NCBI GenBank assembly: GCA_965206595.1
Contig: OZ242214.1
Location: 5,088,001 to 5,152,000, forward strand
DNA length: 64,000 nucleotides
DNA from: Candidatus Latescibacterota bacterium
Lineage (GTDB): Bacteria; Latescibacterota; UBA2968; UBA8231
Reading direction: 5' to 3'
In this document: piece by piece, positions 9,183-18,767 of the stretch
Layout: each line of letters starts with the position of its first letter
How positions within the stretch are numbered: position 1 is the first letter of the stretch
Program-made: the position numbers and the translations under genes
The notes under the pieces: model-generated
Told to the model about the DNA's origin: nothing
Databases searched by the model: none
The model's input: only the letters and a program-made list of their open reading frames with translations

Positions 9183-10628
9183 GGCTCGTCAGTAGAATTC
9201 GTGGGTGAATTGTGGCTCGGGTAAATCGCCAAGCTGATGGAATGAAGCGATTTGGAGTGCCTTGAAGGTGCGGCATCCGAATGCTTTTCTCCCTGTCAGA
9301 TTCCATTTCAGGTTCAAGCCCTCGACCATGCCGTTGTTGAACTGCTTCCTGGCCCTGAACCAATTGAGGATGAGCTCTTGGTGACGCCGCAGCATTCCGG
9401 CGATGTCTTTCATCGGTTCGATGTTGCTTCTCATCGTACGGAAACACCCGCGCTGGAGGAACTTCTCAGCCCACGCGGAGTAGGTGTAGTCCCAGAAGCG
9501 CTGGAAGTCCTCCTTGAGCAGGTAGGCTCTGACCGTCCGCAGGTTCATCTTCAATAGCTCCGACAGCTTCAAGCCTTGTGGGGGAGTCGCTGAGGTTCTC
9601 CTTGCGCTTCAGGAAGCACCAGCGGCTCTTGCTCAGGACCGGATCCTGGCCCTGTTCTTTGAGTCTGCGGGCCTCTTCGGCACGGACTTTGTCGAGGGCC
9701 TTGCTGAAGTGCTGCATGAGGTGAAAACGGTCGAGAATAGGTACCGCGGTGGGGAGCCGCTTGCTGATAACGTCGAGGTAGGCTTTCCAGATATCAGAGC
9801 AGATGACGGTAATCTGGTCGAGGAAACGGGTCGGCTCCTGCTCGCCGCCGGCTTCCTGCTTGCGCCGGTGCTCCTGCTCCCGTTCGGTAAAGCCGTCGTT
9901 CAAGGCCTTCTTCGTCCGCTTCTCGCCCATCCACAACAGGCGGCGGCGGTGGGGGTCGATCTGGTACAGCAACGTCAGATAATGAGGCCCCTTACGATAC
10001 TGGATTTCATCCACGCCGAGGGCCGTGACCTGGTCGAGGCAGCGATGAGCGAGCCCATAGTCCACGACGTACTGGACGGAGTGGTAGACCTTGTCCCAAC
10101 GGGTCCGGAAGGAACGCGCCACCTCGATCCACGACAGTTTTTTGGCCCCCTGGGCCAGGAAGCAGCGGTAGAGGTCGGTCAGGTGGTGCTTGCCCGTGCT
10201 CCAGGGGACCTTCTCGACGACCACCCGGCCGCAGGCTTTGCAGGCAACCCGGCGCATGCGATACACCAGAAAGACCGGAAACCCCCAGAGGGGAACAAAC
10301 TCGAACAGCCGGGCCTCGGGGGCCGTGTCATAGGTGGGGGCCAAGTGACCGCAGCCGCTGCACGCGCCCCGGGAGTTTTTCCGTGGCCTTATCCTCACCA
10401 TTATCCTTCCGTGCCGGTCAAAATGACTGCCCTCAAACACAAACCGCTTGAAGGTCGTGCACCGGTTTAGTACCGTGATCAGGCGCATCATTCCCTCCAC
10501 AGGTAGTTGGGTTCCGTCTTGGTGGACTGTCCCAACATACCGGGGGATGATGCGCCTGGGCTACCTGGCCTCCTCTATTCCCATCGCCGCAGCCTCCCCT
10601 CCTCACCCACAGATTCTCCAGAGGAGCC
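9183..10628 (-). mobile_element. ISL3-family insertion sequence (1446 bp)
   Basis: Terminal IRs ggctcgtcagtagaattcgtgggtga / ggctcctctggagaatctgtgggtga (21/26 identical); 8-bp AT-rich TSD ataaataa at 9175-9182 and 10629-10636. Confidence 0.95.
9189..10500 (-). pseudogene. ISL3 transposase, frameshifted
   Basis: Zn-finger CSGC/CKAC, LGVDE, CSDIWKAY, DRFH in ORF 9466-10500; NGMVEGLN in ORF 9189-9572; frames join if one base of the G5 run near 9580 is removed. Confidence 0.9.
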
Positions 10629-10634
10629 ATAAAT

Positions 10635-10675
10635 AAAAAAGGGACGTGATCCGACTTGATCGCGTCCCTTTTTTT
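10635..10675. terminator. Bidirectional intrinsic terminator
   Basis: A6-gggacgtgatc-loop-gatcgcgtccc-T7, between convergent nrdJ (beyond the IS) and the MBL gene. Confidence 0.85.
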
Positions 10676-10685
10676 CTCTCCGATT

Positions 10686-11444
10686 TCAATTCACATCGAG
10701 AACGAGTCCATCGTACGCCAACTCAACATTGTCGGGCAGGAAGACATTTGTTGCTTCGTGATCCAGCTCGTGCGCGATGTGCGTGAAGAAAGTCCGTCTC
10801 GGCTTCAGTTCGCCGACGACATCGAGCGCCTCTTCTATGTTGAAGTGGGTCGGGTGTTCGGTGTGTCGCAAGGCGTCGAGCACGAGCACGTCTAGATCGC
10901 GCAGTTGGGTCATGGATTCAGGCGGGATCCGATTGCAGTCAGTCACGTAGGCGAACTGCCCGATGCGGAACGCCAGCACCGGCAATCTTCCGTGATACAC
11001 GGTGATGGGATGGATCTGCAGGCCGAACAGCGTGATCGTACCGTTTATCACGTGCAGGTCCAGCCGTGGAAACGAGAGAGGATAAGGTGAATCGAAAGCA
11101 TAATCGAACACCCGGTTGATGCGCTCCAGGGTGTGGTTATCGGCAAAACAGGGCAGTGGTTCGTCGCGGCCAAAGCAGTAGCAACGCAGGTCGTCGAGTC
11201 CATGCAGGTGGTCGGCGTGACCATGCGTAAACAGGACGGCATCGAGGCGGCGAACTTCGTAACGAAGAGCCTGAGTGCGCAGATCAGGCGTAGTGTCGAC
11301 AAGAAGTACACGATCTCCAAACTCGATCACTATGGAACAGCGGAGCCGCTTGTTTCGGGGATTTTCCGACAGACAAACCGGGCAGTCGCAGCCGATGCGG
11401 GGAACCCCGACCGAGGTCCCGGTCCCCAACAGGGTTACCTTCAC
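10686..11444 (-). CDS. MBL-fold metallo-hydrolase (PhnP-like phosphodiesterase)
   Basis: LLGTGTSVGVP.IGCDC.VC, THGHADHLHGLDD, THIAH, AYDG. Confidence 0.92.
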   Translation of the reverse strand: MKVTLLGTGTSVGVPRIGCDCPVCLSENPRNKRLRCSIVIEFGDRVLLVDTTPDLRTQALRYEVRRLDAVLFTHGHADHLHGLDDLRCYCFGRDEPLPCFADNHTLERINRVFDYAFDSPYPLSFPRLDLHVINGTITLFGLQIHPITVYHGRLPVLAFRIGQFAYVTDCNRIPPESMTQLRDLDVLVLDALRHTEHPTHFNIEEALDVVGELKPRRTFFTHIAHELDHEATNVFLPDNVELAYDGLVLDVN

Positions 11445-12211
11445 TGCGGGCTCCGAGAATCTGCGCTCGGCAAAGTCAGCACATCGGGACCATCTTCGGT
11501 GACTGCAACGGTGTGCTCGAAGTGGGCGACAGTGGTCCCATCCCGCGTCGAAGTTGTCCAGCCGTCTTCGGCGACGACTACGTCTGGTTTACCCATACTG
11601 AGAATCGGTTCTATGGCGACGACGAAGCCCGGCTGCAACTTCGGTCCCCGCCCCGGGGAGCCATAGTTTGGAATGTGGGGAGCTTCGTGCAAGGCCCGCC
11701 CGATTCCATGGCCTCCGAACTCACGGACGACCGACATGCCGTTGGCCTCCGCCCGAGACTGGATGGCATGAGAAATATCCGATAAACGTCCGCGCGACCG
11801 GGCTTTGTTGATACCGTCATGAAGGGCGGCGCGAGTCGTGTCCAGAAGATGTTGCTGGGCACTCGTAATGGAGCCCACCCCGAGCGTAAAAGCCCCATCC
11901 CCGAAATAACCATCCAGCTTGACGCCGACGTCAACGCTTAGGATATCTCCCGTGTAAAGCGCTTCGGGCCGCGGGAATCCGTGCACCGCTTCGTCGTTTA
12001 CGGAGGCACATATGCTGGCGGGAAAGCCGTGATACCCTTTGAATGCGGGGTAGGCACCATGGTCTCGGATCGTTTCTTCGGCCAAACGGTCAAGTTCGAG
12101 GGTTGAAACACCGGGCCGTGCGGCTGCTACCAGCGCCTGCTGAACCAAAAACACGATACGGCAACTGGCACGGATCTTCTCGATCTCCTCCGGAGTTCTT
12201 ATCGCGACCAT
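11441..12211 (-). CDS. map: Type I methionine aminopeptidase
   Basis: SVNDEAVHG, VDVG..DGYFGD, GHGIG..LHE, AIEP, AHFEHTV. Confidence 0.97.
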   Translation of the reverse strand: MVAIRTPEEIEKIRASCRIVFLVQQALVAAARPGVSTLELDRLAEETIRDHGAYPAFKGYHGFPASICASVNDEAVHGFPRPEALYTGDILSVDVGVKLDGYFGDGAFTLGVGSITSAQQHLLDTTRAALHDGINKARSRGRLSDISHAIQSRAEANGMSVVREFGGHGIGRALHEAPHIPNYGSPGRGPKLQPGFVVAIEPILSMGKPDVVVAEDGWTTSTRDGTTVAHFEHTVAVTEDGPDVLTLPSADSRSPQ

Positions 12212-12375
12212 GGCGTCAAAGGTCCGGCCAGCCGATTGACGGCACCCGGGTATAATTCAACCGGAAATCCATTTGTGGTTGTTTTTAAGAAGGTTGTGGA
12301 ATTTTTGCAATTACGGAAAATGTGTGCGGACCGAAATTGCACCGAGGTTGCCGGAGGTTTGCTATGCTCTGAAGC

Positions 12376-12391
12376 GCTCTATATATTGAGA
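12376..12391. promoter_or_regulatory. Candidate NrdR box upstream of topA
   Basis: gctctatatattgaga matches the full core CwAtATaTwG of the NrdR consensus, about 100 bp before the topA ATG. Confidence 0.5.
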
Positions 12392-12489
12392 AAAATGTGG
12401 CAGCATTGGCAAAATTGAGGTGTCCGACTCAATATGCAGATTTTAGATCTTGATGGTTTAATGCCTATCAACAACTACGGCACAAGGTA

Positions 12490-14748
12490 ATGGCAAAATC
12501 ACTCGTTGTAGTAGAATCACCTGCAAAGGCGACCACAATCAACAAGATTCTCGGCAAGGACTACCTGGTCAAGTCCTGCATGGGACATGTGCGCGACCTG
12601 CCTCCAAAGGAGTTGGGCGTCGACGTCGACAACGATTTCAATCCCCGCTACGTCACCATCAGGGGCAAGGGAAAGATTCTGGCGGACTTGCGCAGGGCCG
12701 CCCGGACAGCGGACGAGATCTATCTCGCAACCGACCCGGACCGCGAAGGCGAGGCGATAGCCTGGCACGTTGCCCATGCAATCGGCAACAAGGATGACCT
12801 TCCGGTCAAACGCATCCTGTTCAACGAAATCACCCCGAAGGCAGTGCGCGAGTCGATCGCCAAGTCGGGAAAGCTCGACCTCAGAAAGGTCAACGCCCAA
12901 CAGGCACGCCGCGTGCTCGACCGCCTGGTAGGATACGAAATCAGCCCGTTGTTGTGGAAGGTTATACACGCAGGCCTGTCGGCCGGGCGGGTGCAATCGG
13001 TCGCTCTTCGTATGATCTGCGAGCGAGATGCTGAAATCAACGCCTTCGAGCCGCAGGAATACTGGACAATCGATGCCTTTCTCAAGCAGAGAAGTGATTC
13101 TGCCAAGCCTTCTGCCGACGACGAACATCCTGCCTTCACTGCGCGATTGCTGCAGCACCGCAACGAGAAGCTCGTCATATCGAACCAGGAACAGGCCGAC
13201 GCCATCGTTGCCGACCTGCGAAAGGCGGATTTCGCCGTCAAGCAGGTAAAGCGGAAAGAACAGCGGCGGCGGCCTTCGGCCCCCTTTATCACCAGCACCT
13301 TGCAGCAGGATGCAGCTCGGCGACTGCGCTTTTCCGTCAAACGCACCATGGCTGTGGCACAACAACTCTACGAAGGGATCGAGGTTCAGGGGGAAACTCG
13401 CGGTTTGATCACCTACATGCGAACCGACTCGGTGCGAGTCTCCGATGACGCCATTACCGAGGTCCGCGAGCATATCGGCAAGACTTACGGAGAGAATTAC
13501 CTTCCCTCGAAACCGAATGTTTACAAGACCCGACGAGGTGCGCAGGACGCTCACGAGGCGATCCGGCCCACCTACCTTGACCTGCTTCCCGGTGAGCTGA
13601 AAAACAGGTTGAAGGCGGACCAGGCCAAGCTTTACGACCTCATCTGGAAACGCTTCGTCGCCTCGCAGATGGGACCCCAGGTTCTCGATATCACCAGTAT
13701 CGACATTTCCGCCGCCGACTATCTACTGCGAACCACCGGGTCGCGTACGAAGTTTCCTGGGTTCTCCGTGCTCTACACGGAAAGCAGAGAAGATGAAGGG
13801 GACAGCGAGAAGGCCCAGTTGCCTCCCGGTATCGTAGCCGGACAGGAACTCGACGCCCTGAACCTGAAGCCGGAACAGCATTTCACCAAGCCTCCCCCTA
13901 GGTACTCCGAAGCATCTCTCGTAAAAGAGCTCGAGGCGAAAGGTATCGGCAGACCCAGCACTTACGCGCAGATCATAAGCACCCTGCAGAATCGGGAGTA
14001 CGTGGAAAACCTGGACCGCTACTTCGTGGCCACGGAGCGCGGACAAACGGTCAGCAAGCTTCTTATCGAGACCTTTCCCAACATCTTCGACGTCCGCTTT
14101 ACCGCAAAAATGGAAGACGAGCTCGACCGCATTGAGGACGGCAAGGAGAACTGGGTGGAGACGGTGCGCCAGTTTTATGGATCCTGGAGCGATTCCTTGA
14201 AGGATGCGAATTCGCGACGTCGCGAGCTCAAGCAGTCCCTGCAGGAAGAGACCGACATTGTCTGCGAGGACTGCCATCGCAAAATGGTTGTGAAGTGGGG
14301 CCGAAACGGCCGTTTCCTCGCATGCCCGGGCTACCCGAATTGCAAGAATACCAAACCTCTCGAACAGGATCAGGAGCAGGTCCGGACCGACGAAAAGTGC
14401 GAGCTCTGCAGCTCTCCAATGGTCGTCAAGACCGGGCTCTACGGACGCTTTCTCGCCTGCAGCGGATACCCCGATTGTCGCAACGTCAAACCGTACTCTC
14501 TCGGGATATCCTGCCCGGAGCAGGACTGTGGTGGCGAAGTGGTGGAGAAGCAATCCCGAAAGGGGAAGGTGTTCTACAGCTGCAATCAGTACCCGAATTG
14601 CAAGTTCGCCAGCTGGGACAAACCGGTGGAAGGGCCCTGTCCTCACTGCGAAGCGCCGCTCCTGTACGAAAAGAACAGCCGGAACGGGGCGCCGATGCTG
14701 CTCTGCCGCGTGTGCGAAAACCGGTTCGAAAACACTCCTGCCGCTTGA
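12490..14748 (+). CDS. topA: DNA topoisomerase I
   Basis: VESPAKA TOPRIM, ATDPDREGEAIAWH, SAGRVQS, catalytic ITYMRTDS, C-terminal Zn ribbons. Confidence 0.98.
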   Translation: MAKSLVVVESPAKATTINKILGKDYLVKSCMGHVRDLPPKELGVDVDNDFNPRYVTIRGKGKILADLRRAARTADEIYLATDPDREGEAIAWHVAHAIGNKDDLPVKRILFNEITPKAVRESIAKSGKLDLRKVNAQQARRVLDRLVGYEISPLLWKVIHAGLSAGRVQSVALRMICERDAEINAFEPQEYWTIDAFLKQRSDSAKPSADDEHPAFTARLLQHRNEKLVISNQEQADAIVADLRKADFAVKQVKRKEQRRRPSAPFITSTLQQDAARRLRFSVKRTMAVAQQLYEGIEVQGETRGLITYMRTDSVRVSDDAITEVREHIGKTYGENYLPSKPNVYKTRRGAQDAHEAIRPTYLDLLPGELKNRLKADQAKLYDLIWKRFVASQMGPQVLDITSIDISAADYLLRTTGSRTKFPGFSVLYTESREDEGDSEKAQLPPGIVAGQELDALNLKPEQHFTKPPPRYSEASLVKELEAKGIGRPSTYAQIISTLQNREYVENLDRYFVATERGQTVSKLLIETFPNIFDVRFTAKMEDELDRIEDGKENWVETVRQFYGSWSDSLKDANSRRRELKQSLQEETDIVCEDCHRKMVVKWGRNGRFLACPGYPNCKNTKPLEQDQEQVRTDEKCELCSSPMVVKTGLYGRFLACSGYPDCRNVKPYSLGISCPEQDCGGEVVEKQSRKGKVFYSCNQYPNCKFASWDKPVEGPCPHCEAPLLYEKNSRNGAPMLLCRVCENRFENTPAA

Positions 14749-15734
14749 GCAGTGCCGGCCGAGGCCGCGCACCCTTGGAAAGCGAACCTCTACCCGATTC
14801 TACAGCGCGATCCGAAGACGCTCCGAACCCCTCTGCGCCCCTTGAAGACGGCATCGCCCACTTTCTCGATCACCTGCAGAAGAGCGGCCGCCCCGCTTCG
14901 ACCATTGGCGCATACCGCTCCGACCTGAATCAGTTCGCCCTCTTCGTGCATCCGCGCACGGCAGACGCGTCGATCGGTTCCATCGACAGCGGACTGGTAG
15001 GCAAGTTCCTGTGCGAACAAAAACGGCAAAACAAACCTACAACCGCCCAGCGAAAACTTTCCGCGGTGAAATCGCTGTTTCGCTTTTTACAGCGCTCCGG
15101 CGTCCGCGATGACGACCCCGCAGCCGGACTGAGGGTTAGGACCAGACCGCAACCCGCAGAGCCCTGCCTCGAAAAGGAGGCCCTTGCCGAGGTGATCAAA
15201 AAAACGCCGGCCGACAGCTTCGCCGCGGTCCGCAACCGTGCTATCATCGAAATCCTGTACGGAGGTGGGTTGCGGCTCGGGGAACTGGTCGCGCTGAATC
15301 TGACCTCGCTGGAACTCGGATCGGGAATGTTGAAACTCGGCCCGCCGGACGCACCGAGGCTCGTGCCGATCGGTTCGCGTGCCGCGGTCACGATTAGCGC
15401 ATACCTGCTGTGCCGGGCGGACCTCCTGGTCGACAAGGAGATTGCCGATATCGACGCAGGCGCCCTCTTCCTCAACACCTCGGGAAAACGCCTTCACCGC
15501 AGGACAGTGCAACGCATCGTCGAACGCCTGCTGACGTTGGTGAACGGGGGCCGCCCGCGAACATTGCGGCGCGCCTGCGCCGACCACATGCTCGGAGCCG
15601 GTGCCGACGCCGTCGCCGTCGCCAAAATGCTGGGACGGAGAACCCCCGCTTCCGCCAACGTCTCCACTGACGATGAAAAGGTGCTGCTGGGCCTGCGCAC
15701 CACCTACGCAGGCAGCCACCCTCGATACCACTGA
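14745..15734 (+). CDS. XerC-like tyrosine recombinase homolog, predicted catalytically inactive
   Basis: Integrase N-terminal SAM-like domain (TIGAYRSDLNQF, QRKLSAVKSLFRFL), RNRAIIEILYGGGLRLGEL, C-terminal Y...HPR; Lys, both His and Tyr nucleophile substituted. TTG start overlapping the topA stop is inferred. Confidence 0.85.
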   Translation: MSSAGRGRAPLESEPLPDSTARSEDAPNPSAPLEDGIAHFLDHLQKSGRPASTIGAYRSDLNQFALFVHPRTADASIGSIDSGLVGKFLCEQKRQNKPTTAQRKLSAVKSLFRFLQRSGVRDDDPAAGLRVRTRPQPAEPCLEKEALAEVIKKTPADSFAAVRNRAIIEILYGGGLRLGELVALNLTSLELGSGMLKLGPPDAPRLVPIGSRAAVTISAYLLCRADLLVDKEIADIDAGALFLNTSGKRLHRRTVQRIVERLLTLVNGGRPRTLRRACADHMLGAGADAVAVAKMLGRRTPASANVSTDDEKVLLGLRTTYAGSHPRYH

Positions 15735-15839
15735 CCGGGACATCCTCGAAGACGAGTACCTCAGCCGCTACGTCCTGTGATTCCTCGATCCTGTCCGCCG
15801 GCCCGAGAACTGTCTTCCCCCGCCGGCGAGCCTCCCCGT

Positions 15840-17483
15840 ATGCCCCCCTGCATCCCGGATCCGGGACCACCTCGGCACTGGCTTCCCCTGCTCCTGGTCG
15901 CCGTCGCCTTCTCCGGAGTTCACTGTGCCAAGGTCGGCAGGCCACCTGGCGGGGAGGTCGACAGGACGGCCCCGGAAATCGTCGGCCATACCCCGGCGGC
16001 CGACGAAACGGAGGTGGCGGTGGAGAGCGCCATCGTTCTCCGTTTCAGCGAAGCAATGGATCGCAGGCGAACCGAGGAGGCCATCTTTATCGCTCCGCGA
16101 GTCGAGCTGCGCTTCCGTTGGAATGGTCGCACGCTTGAAGCATCCCCTGGCCGCCTTCTCGAGAAGCAGACCTACGTGATCACCGTCGGGACCGACACCA
16201 GGGACCGGCGCGGCAACTCGCTGCCGGAACCGTACACCTTCGCCTTCGCCACCGGGGCGGAATTGGATCAGAGGCGGCTCCACGGCCGCGTCTACGAGGA
16301 AGCGAGGCCTGCGGCCGGGGCCCGGGTATGGGCCTACGATGTCCGCCACTTCGAGGGACGCGTAGGCAGCGATCTCCCCGACTACCAGACGCAAGCCTCG
16401 CAGGACGGCTCGTACGAATTCAAACGCCTTTCCCCGGGGCGCTTCCTCGTGATCGCCTTTGGCGACAAAAACCGCAATTCGCGCCGGGACGCCGGCGAAT
16501 CCCTTGCCCTGCCCGCCCGCATTCACGACCTCTCGCAGAGCCAAGCTGTCCATGCAGGAGATCTGTTGATGGTCCCGGGACACCTGACCGCCCCCCGGCT
16601 GAAGCGGGCACAGCCCCTCGACGAGAACCGACTCCTCCTGGCCTTCGACCGCGAGGTGAACCCTCTGGACTCCGTAGTTGAAATCGATGGGATCGAGGTG
16701 CAGGCAGTCTATTCCAAGGCCCACGACCGAACCAGGCTGTACGTCCTCACCAGTCCCCAACAGGCAGGGGCAAAATACCGTTTCGCCAAGATCGTCGTCG
16801 AGAAACAGCAGATTTCGTGGGACCAGCCGTGGCGCGCCAGCACCCGAAAGGACAAGAAGGCTCCTTCCGTGGTCTCGGCAACCCCCTCGGAAATGGGAGC
16901 TGCCGGCGATTCACTGGTGATCGAGTTCGACGAAGGGATGTCCCCAGATACCCCCGCCGACGATTTCTGGATCGAGACCGACTCGACCACGTCAGTAGAC
17001 GGTACCTGGAGGTGGGAAACTCCGACGCGGTTGGTGCTGGTTCCGCACGAGTCCCTGAAACCGGGATCCTATTCCCTGCGCGGCCGGCTCGGACATCTGA
17101 GTGACAGCGGCGGCCTCGCCCCGTCCGACAGCCTCGTCGAGCTCCATTTCGAGGTGCTCCCCGCATCCGAATTGCCGTCTCTCTCAGGGACGGTCAGTGG
17201 GGAATCCCACCTCGATCTGAGCAAAGTGATGGTGATCGCCAGGCGTGTACCGGGTGAGGGCACCTACACCGCCGATTCCGACAGCAATGGAGCCTTCTCC
17301 CTCAAGGAGGTGCTCCCCGGAGAGTATTCGGTGATGGCATTTGCCGACCGCAACCGCAATCGCGTACCGGATGCCGGCACCCCGCATCCCTTCACGCCGG
17401 CTGAGGCCGTCTCGATCTCCGCGGACAAGGTGGTGGTTCGCAGGGGGCAATTGGCCGCAGGAATCGACCTCGAACTCAGGTGA
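15840..17483 (+). CDS. Ig-like (Big_5) domain lipoprotein with carboxypeptidase-regulatory-like domains
   Basis: Lipobox-like VHC followed by AKVGRPPGGEVDRTAP, FSEAMD and FDEGM Ig-like motifs, DxNxN loops. Start uncertain. Confidence 0.75.
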   Translation: MPPCIPDPGPPRHWLPLLLVAVAFSGVHCAKVGRPPGGEVDRTAPEIVGHTPAADETEVAVESAIVLRFSEAMDRRRTEEAIFIAPRVELRFRWNGRTLEASPGRLLEKQTYVITVGTDTRDRRGNSLPEPYTFAFATGAELDQRRLHGRVYEEARPAAGARVWAYDVRHFEGRVGSDLPDYQTQASQDGSYEFKRLSPGRFLVIAFGDKNRNSRRDAGESLALPARIHDLSQSQAVHAGDLLMVPGHLTAPRLKRAQPLDENRLLLAFDREVNPLDSVVEIDGIEVQAVYSKAHDRTRLYVLTSPQQAGAKYRFAKIVVEKQQISWDQPWRASTRKDKKAPSVVSATPSEMGAAGDSLVIEFDEGMSPDTPADDFWIETDSTTSVDGTWRWETPTRLVLVPHESLKPGSYSLRGRLGHLSDSGGLAPSDSLVELHFEVLPASELPSLSGTVSGESHLDLSKVMVIARRVPGEGTYTADSDSNGAFSLKEVLPGEYSVMAFADRNRNRVPDAGTPHPFTPAEAVSISADKVVVRRGQLAAGIDLELR

Positions 17484-17492
17484 TGCGGCGAA

Positions 17493-17843
17493 ATGCGCTA
17501 TCTCCAGGTCCTCGGGGCCTTTTTTGTTCTCGGCGTAATCGGGATCATCCAGTTCTCACGGCTTAAGCCGGAAGAAACCGGCGAGATCGAGTTGACGGCC
17601 CGATTGGAGGCGTTTTACCTGATGCAGGCAGAATACCGCAGGGAGCACCAGGTGTTTTTCAACCCGCAGGCGGAACCGTACCGCAGCCAGTTGTCCTGGC
17701 TGCAGGAATGCGACTGCGAGGTGCGCTGGAGCCGCGAGGCGTTTTCCGTCGTCGCCCGCGCCGACTTCGACGGCGACGGAATCAGCGGGGTCTGGTGCAT
17801 CGGCCACGGGAGCCCCGAGGTCGAGAAGCTGGGCGAGGACTAG
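17493..17843 (+). CDS. Small membrane-anchored hypothetical protein, pilin-head-like
   Basis: N-terminal TM, then AFYLMQAEYRREH and ARADFDGDG..GVWCI, reminiscent of type IV pilin heads. Confidence 0.55.
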   Translation: MRYLQVLGAFFVLGVIGIIQFSRLKPEETGEIELTARLEAFYLMQAEYRREHQVFFNPQAEPYRSQLSWLQECDCEVRWSREAFSVVARADFDGDGISGVWCIGHGSPEVEKLGED

Positions 17844-17868
17844 CGCCAACTTTCACGACGGCATGCCG

Positions 17869-18765
17869 CTACCGGTCCACCGGGTGCAGGTGTGGCTGCA
17901 CCCGCCCTCCTTTCGGGTAGGACCCGATAACCGCGACGCTCGCGGCGATTCCCTCTGCCTCGGCAAGCGCCTGATCGACCGGCTCTTCACCGACAGCCCC
18001 CGAAAAGTCGACGTACACGTCGTAGAGGTACGGCTCGCCGAGTCGTTTGCGCGACTCAACTCTGTGCAGTCGGAGCTGTCTCGATGTCAGGCAGGTCAGA
18101 ATCTCACCCAGATCCCGGGCAGAATCCGCAAGGCTGATCACGGCGCTGGTCTTCATGTCGTCACTGCAGCTTTTCTCTGGGGCTGCGGCGACCACGAGAA
18201 AGCGGGTGTAGTTGTCCCGGCGCGATTCGATGGCCGAGGCGAGGACCTTCATCCCCTGATCCGCGGCTGCCTGCGCCGGTGCGATGGCGGCATCCTCGAG
18301 CTGCCCGGCCTCCTTGATCATGGCTACGGCGCCGGCGGTATCGTACACATCGTACAGCTCGACACCGTCGAGGGTGGACAGGAACTCCTCACACTGGGAC
18401 AGCGCCTGTGGATGAGAAGAGATGCGGCGAATCCGCGACAGATCGCTGGCGGGGTTGCCGATAAGGCAGTGACCGATGCGCAACGCCAGCTCGCCGACCA
18501 CAGGCAGGGGACTGCGAAGGAACAGGTCCCAGACCTCGTGGATACTGCCGGCCAGGGAGTTGTCGACCGGCGCCATACCGAAAGCTGCACTGCCTCCCCG
18601 CACCGCCTCGAACAGCTTTTCGAACGAAAAGCAGGCCACGAGGTCGCAATTCGGGCCGAAGTATTCAAGAGCCGCCAGCTCGCTGTTGCTGCCTCTTTCT
18701 CCCTGTATGGCGACGCTCGTAAGCGGTGCGGAGGAGGGCACGGCTCGGGAAGAGGTCCGGGGCAT
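17869..18765 (-). CDS. pheA: Prephenate dehydratase (PDT plus ACT domain)
   Basis: VAIQGERGS, PVDNSLAGSI, SHPQALSQC, DNYTRF, ESR. Confidence 0.92.
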   Translation of the reverse strand: MPRTSSRAVPSSAPLTSVAIQGERGSNSELAALEYFGPNCDLVACFSFEKLFEAVRGGSAAFGMAPVDNSLAGSIHEVWDLFLRSPLPVVGELALRIGHCLIGNPASDLSRIRRISSHPQALSQCEEFLSTLDGVELYDVYDTAGAVAMIKEAGQLEDAAIAPAQAAADQGMKVLASAIESRRDNYTRFLVVAAAPEKSCSDDMKTSAVISLADSARDLGEILTCLTSRQLRLHRVESRKRLGEPYLYDVYVDFSGAVGEEPVDQALAEAEGIAASVAVIGSYPKGGRVQPHLHPVDR

Positions 18766-18767
18766 CG

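Noticed and set aside
9560-9600. Programmed frameshift in the ISL3 transposase
   Set aside because: ISL3 transposases are normally single ORFs; the lesion is a simple extra base in a homopolymer with no slippery heptamer.
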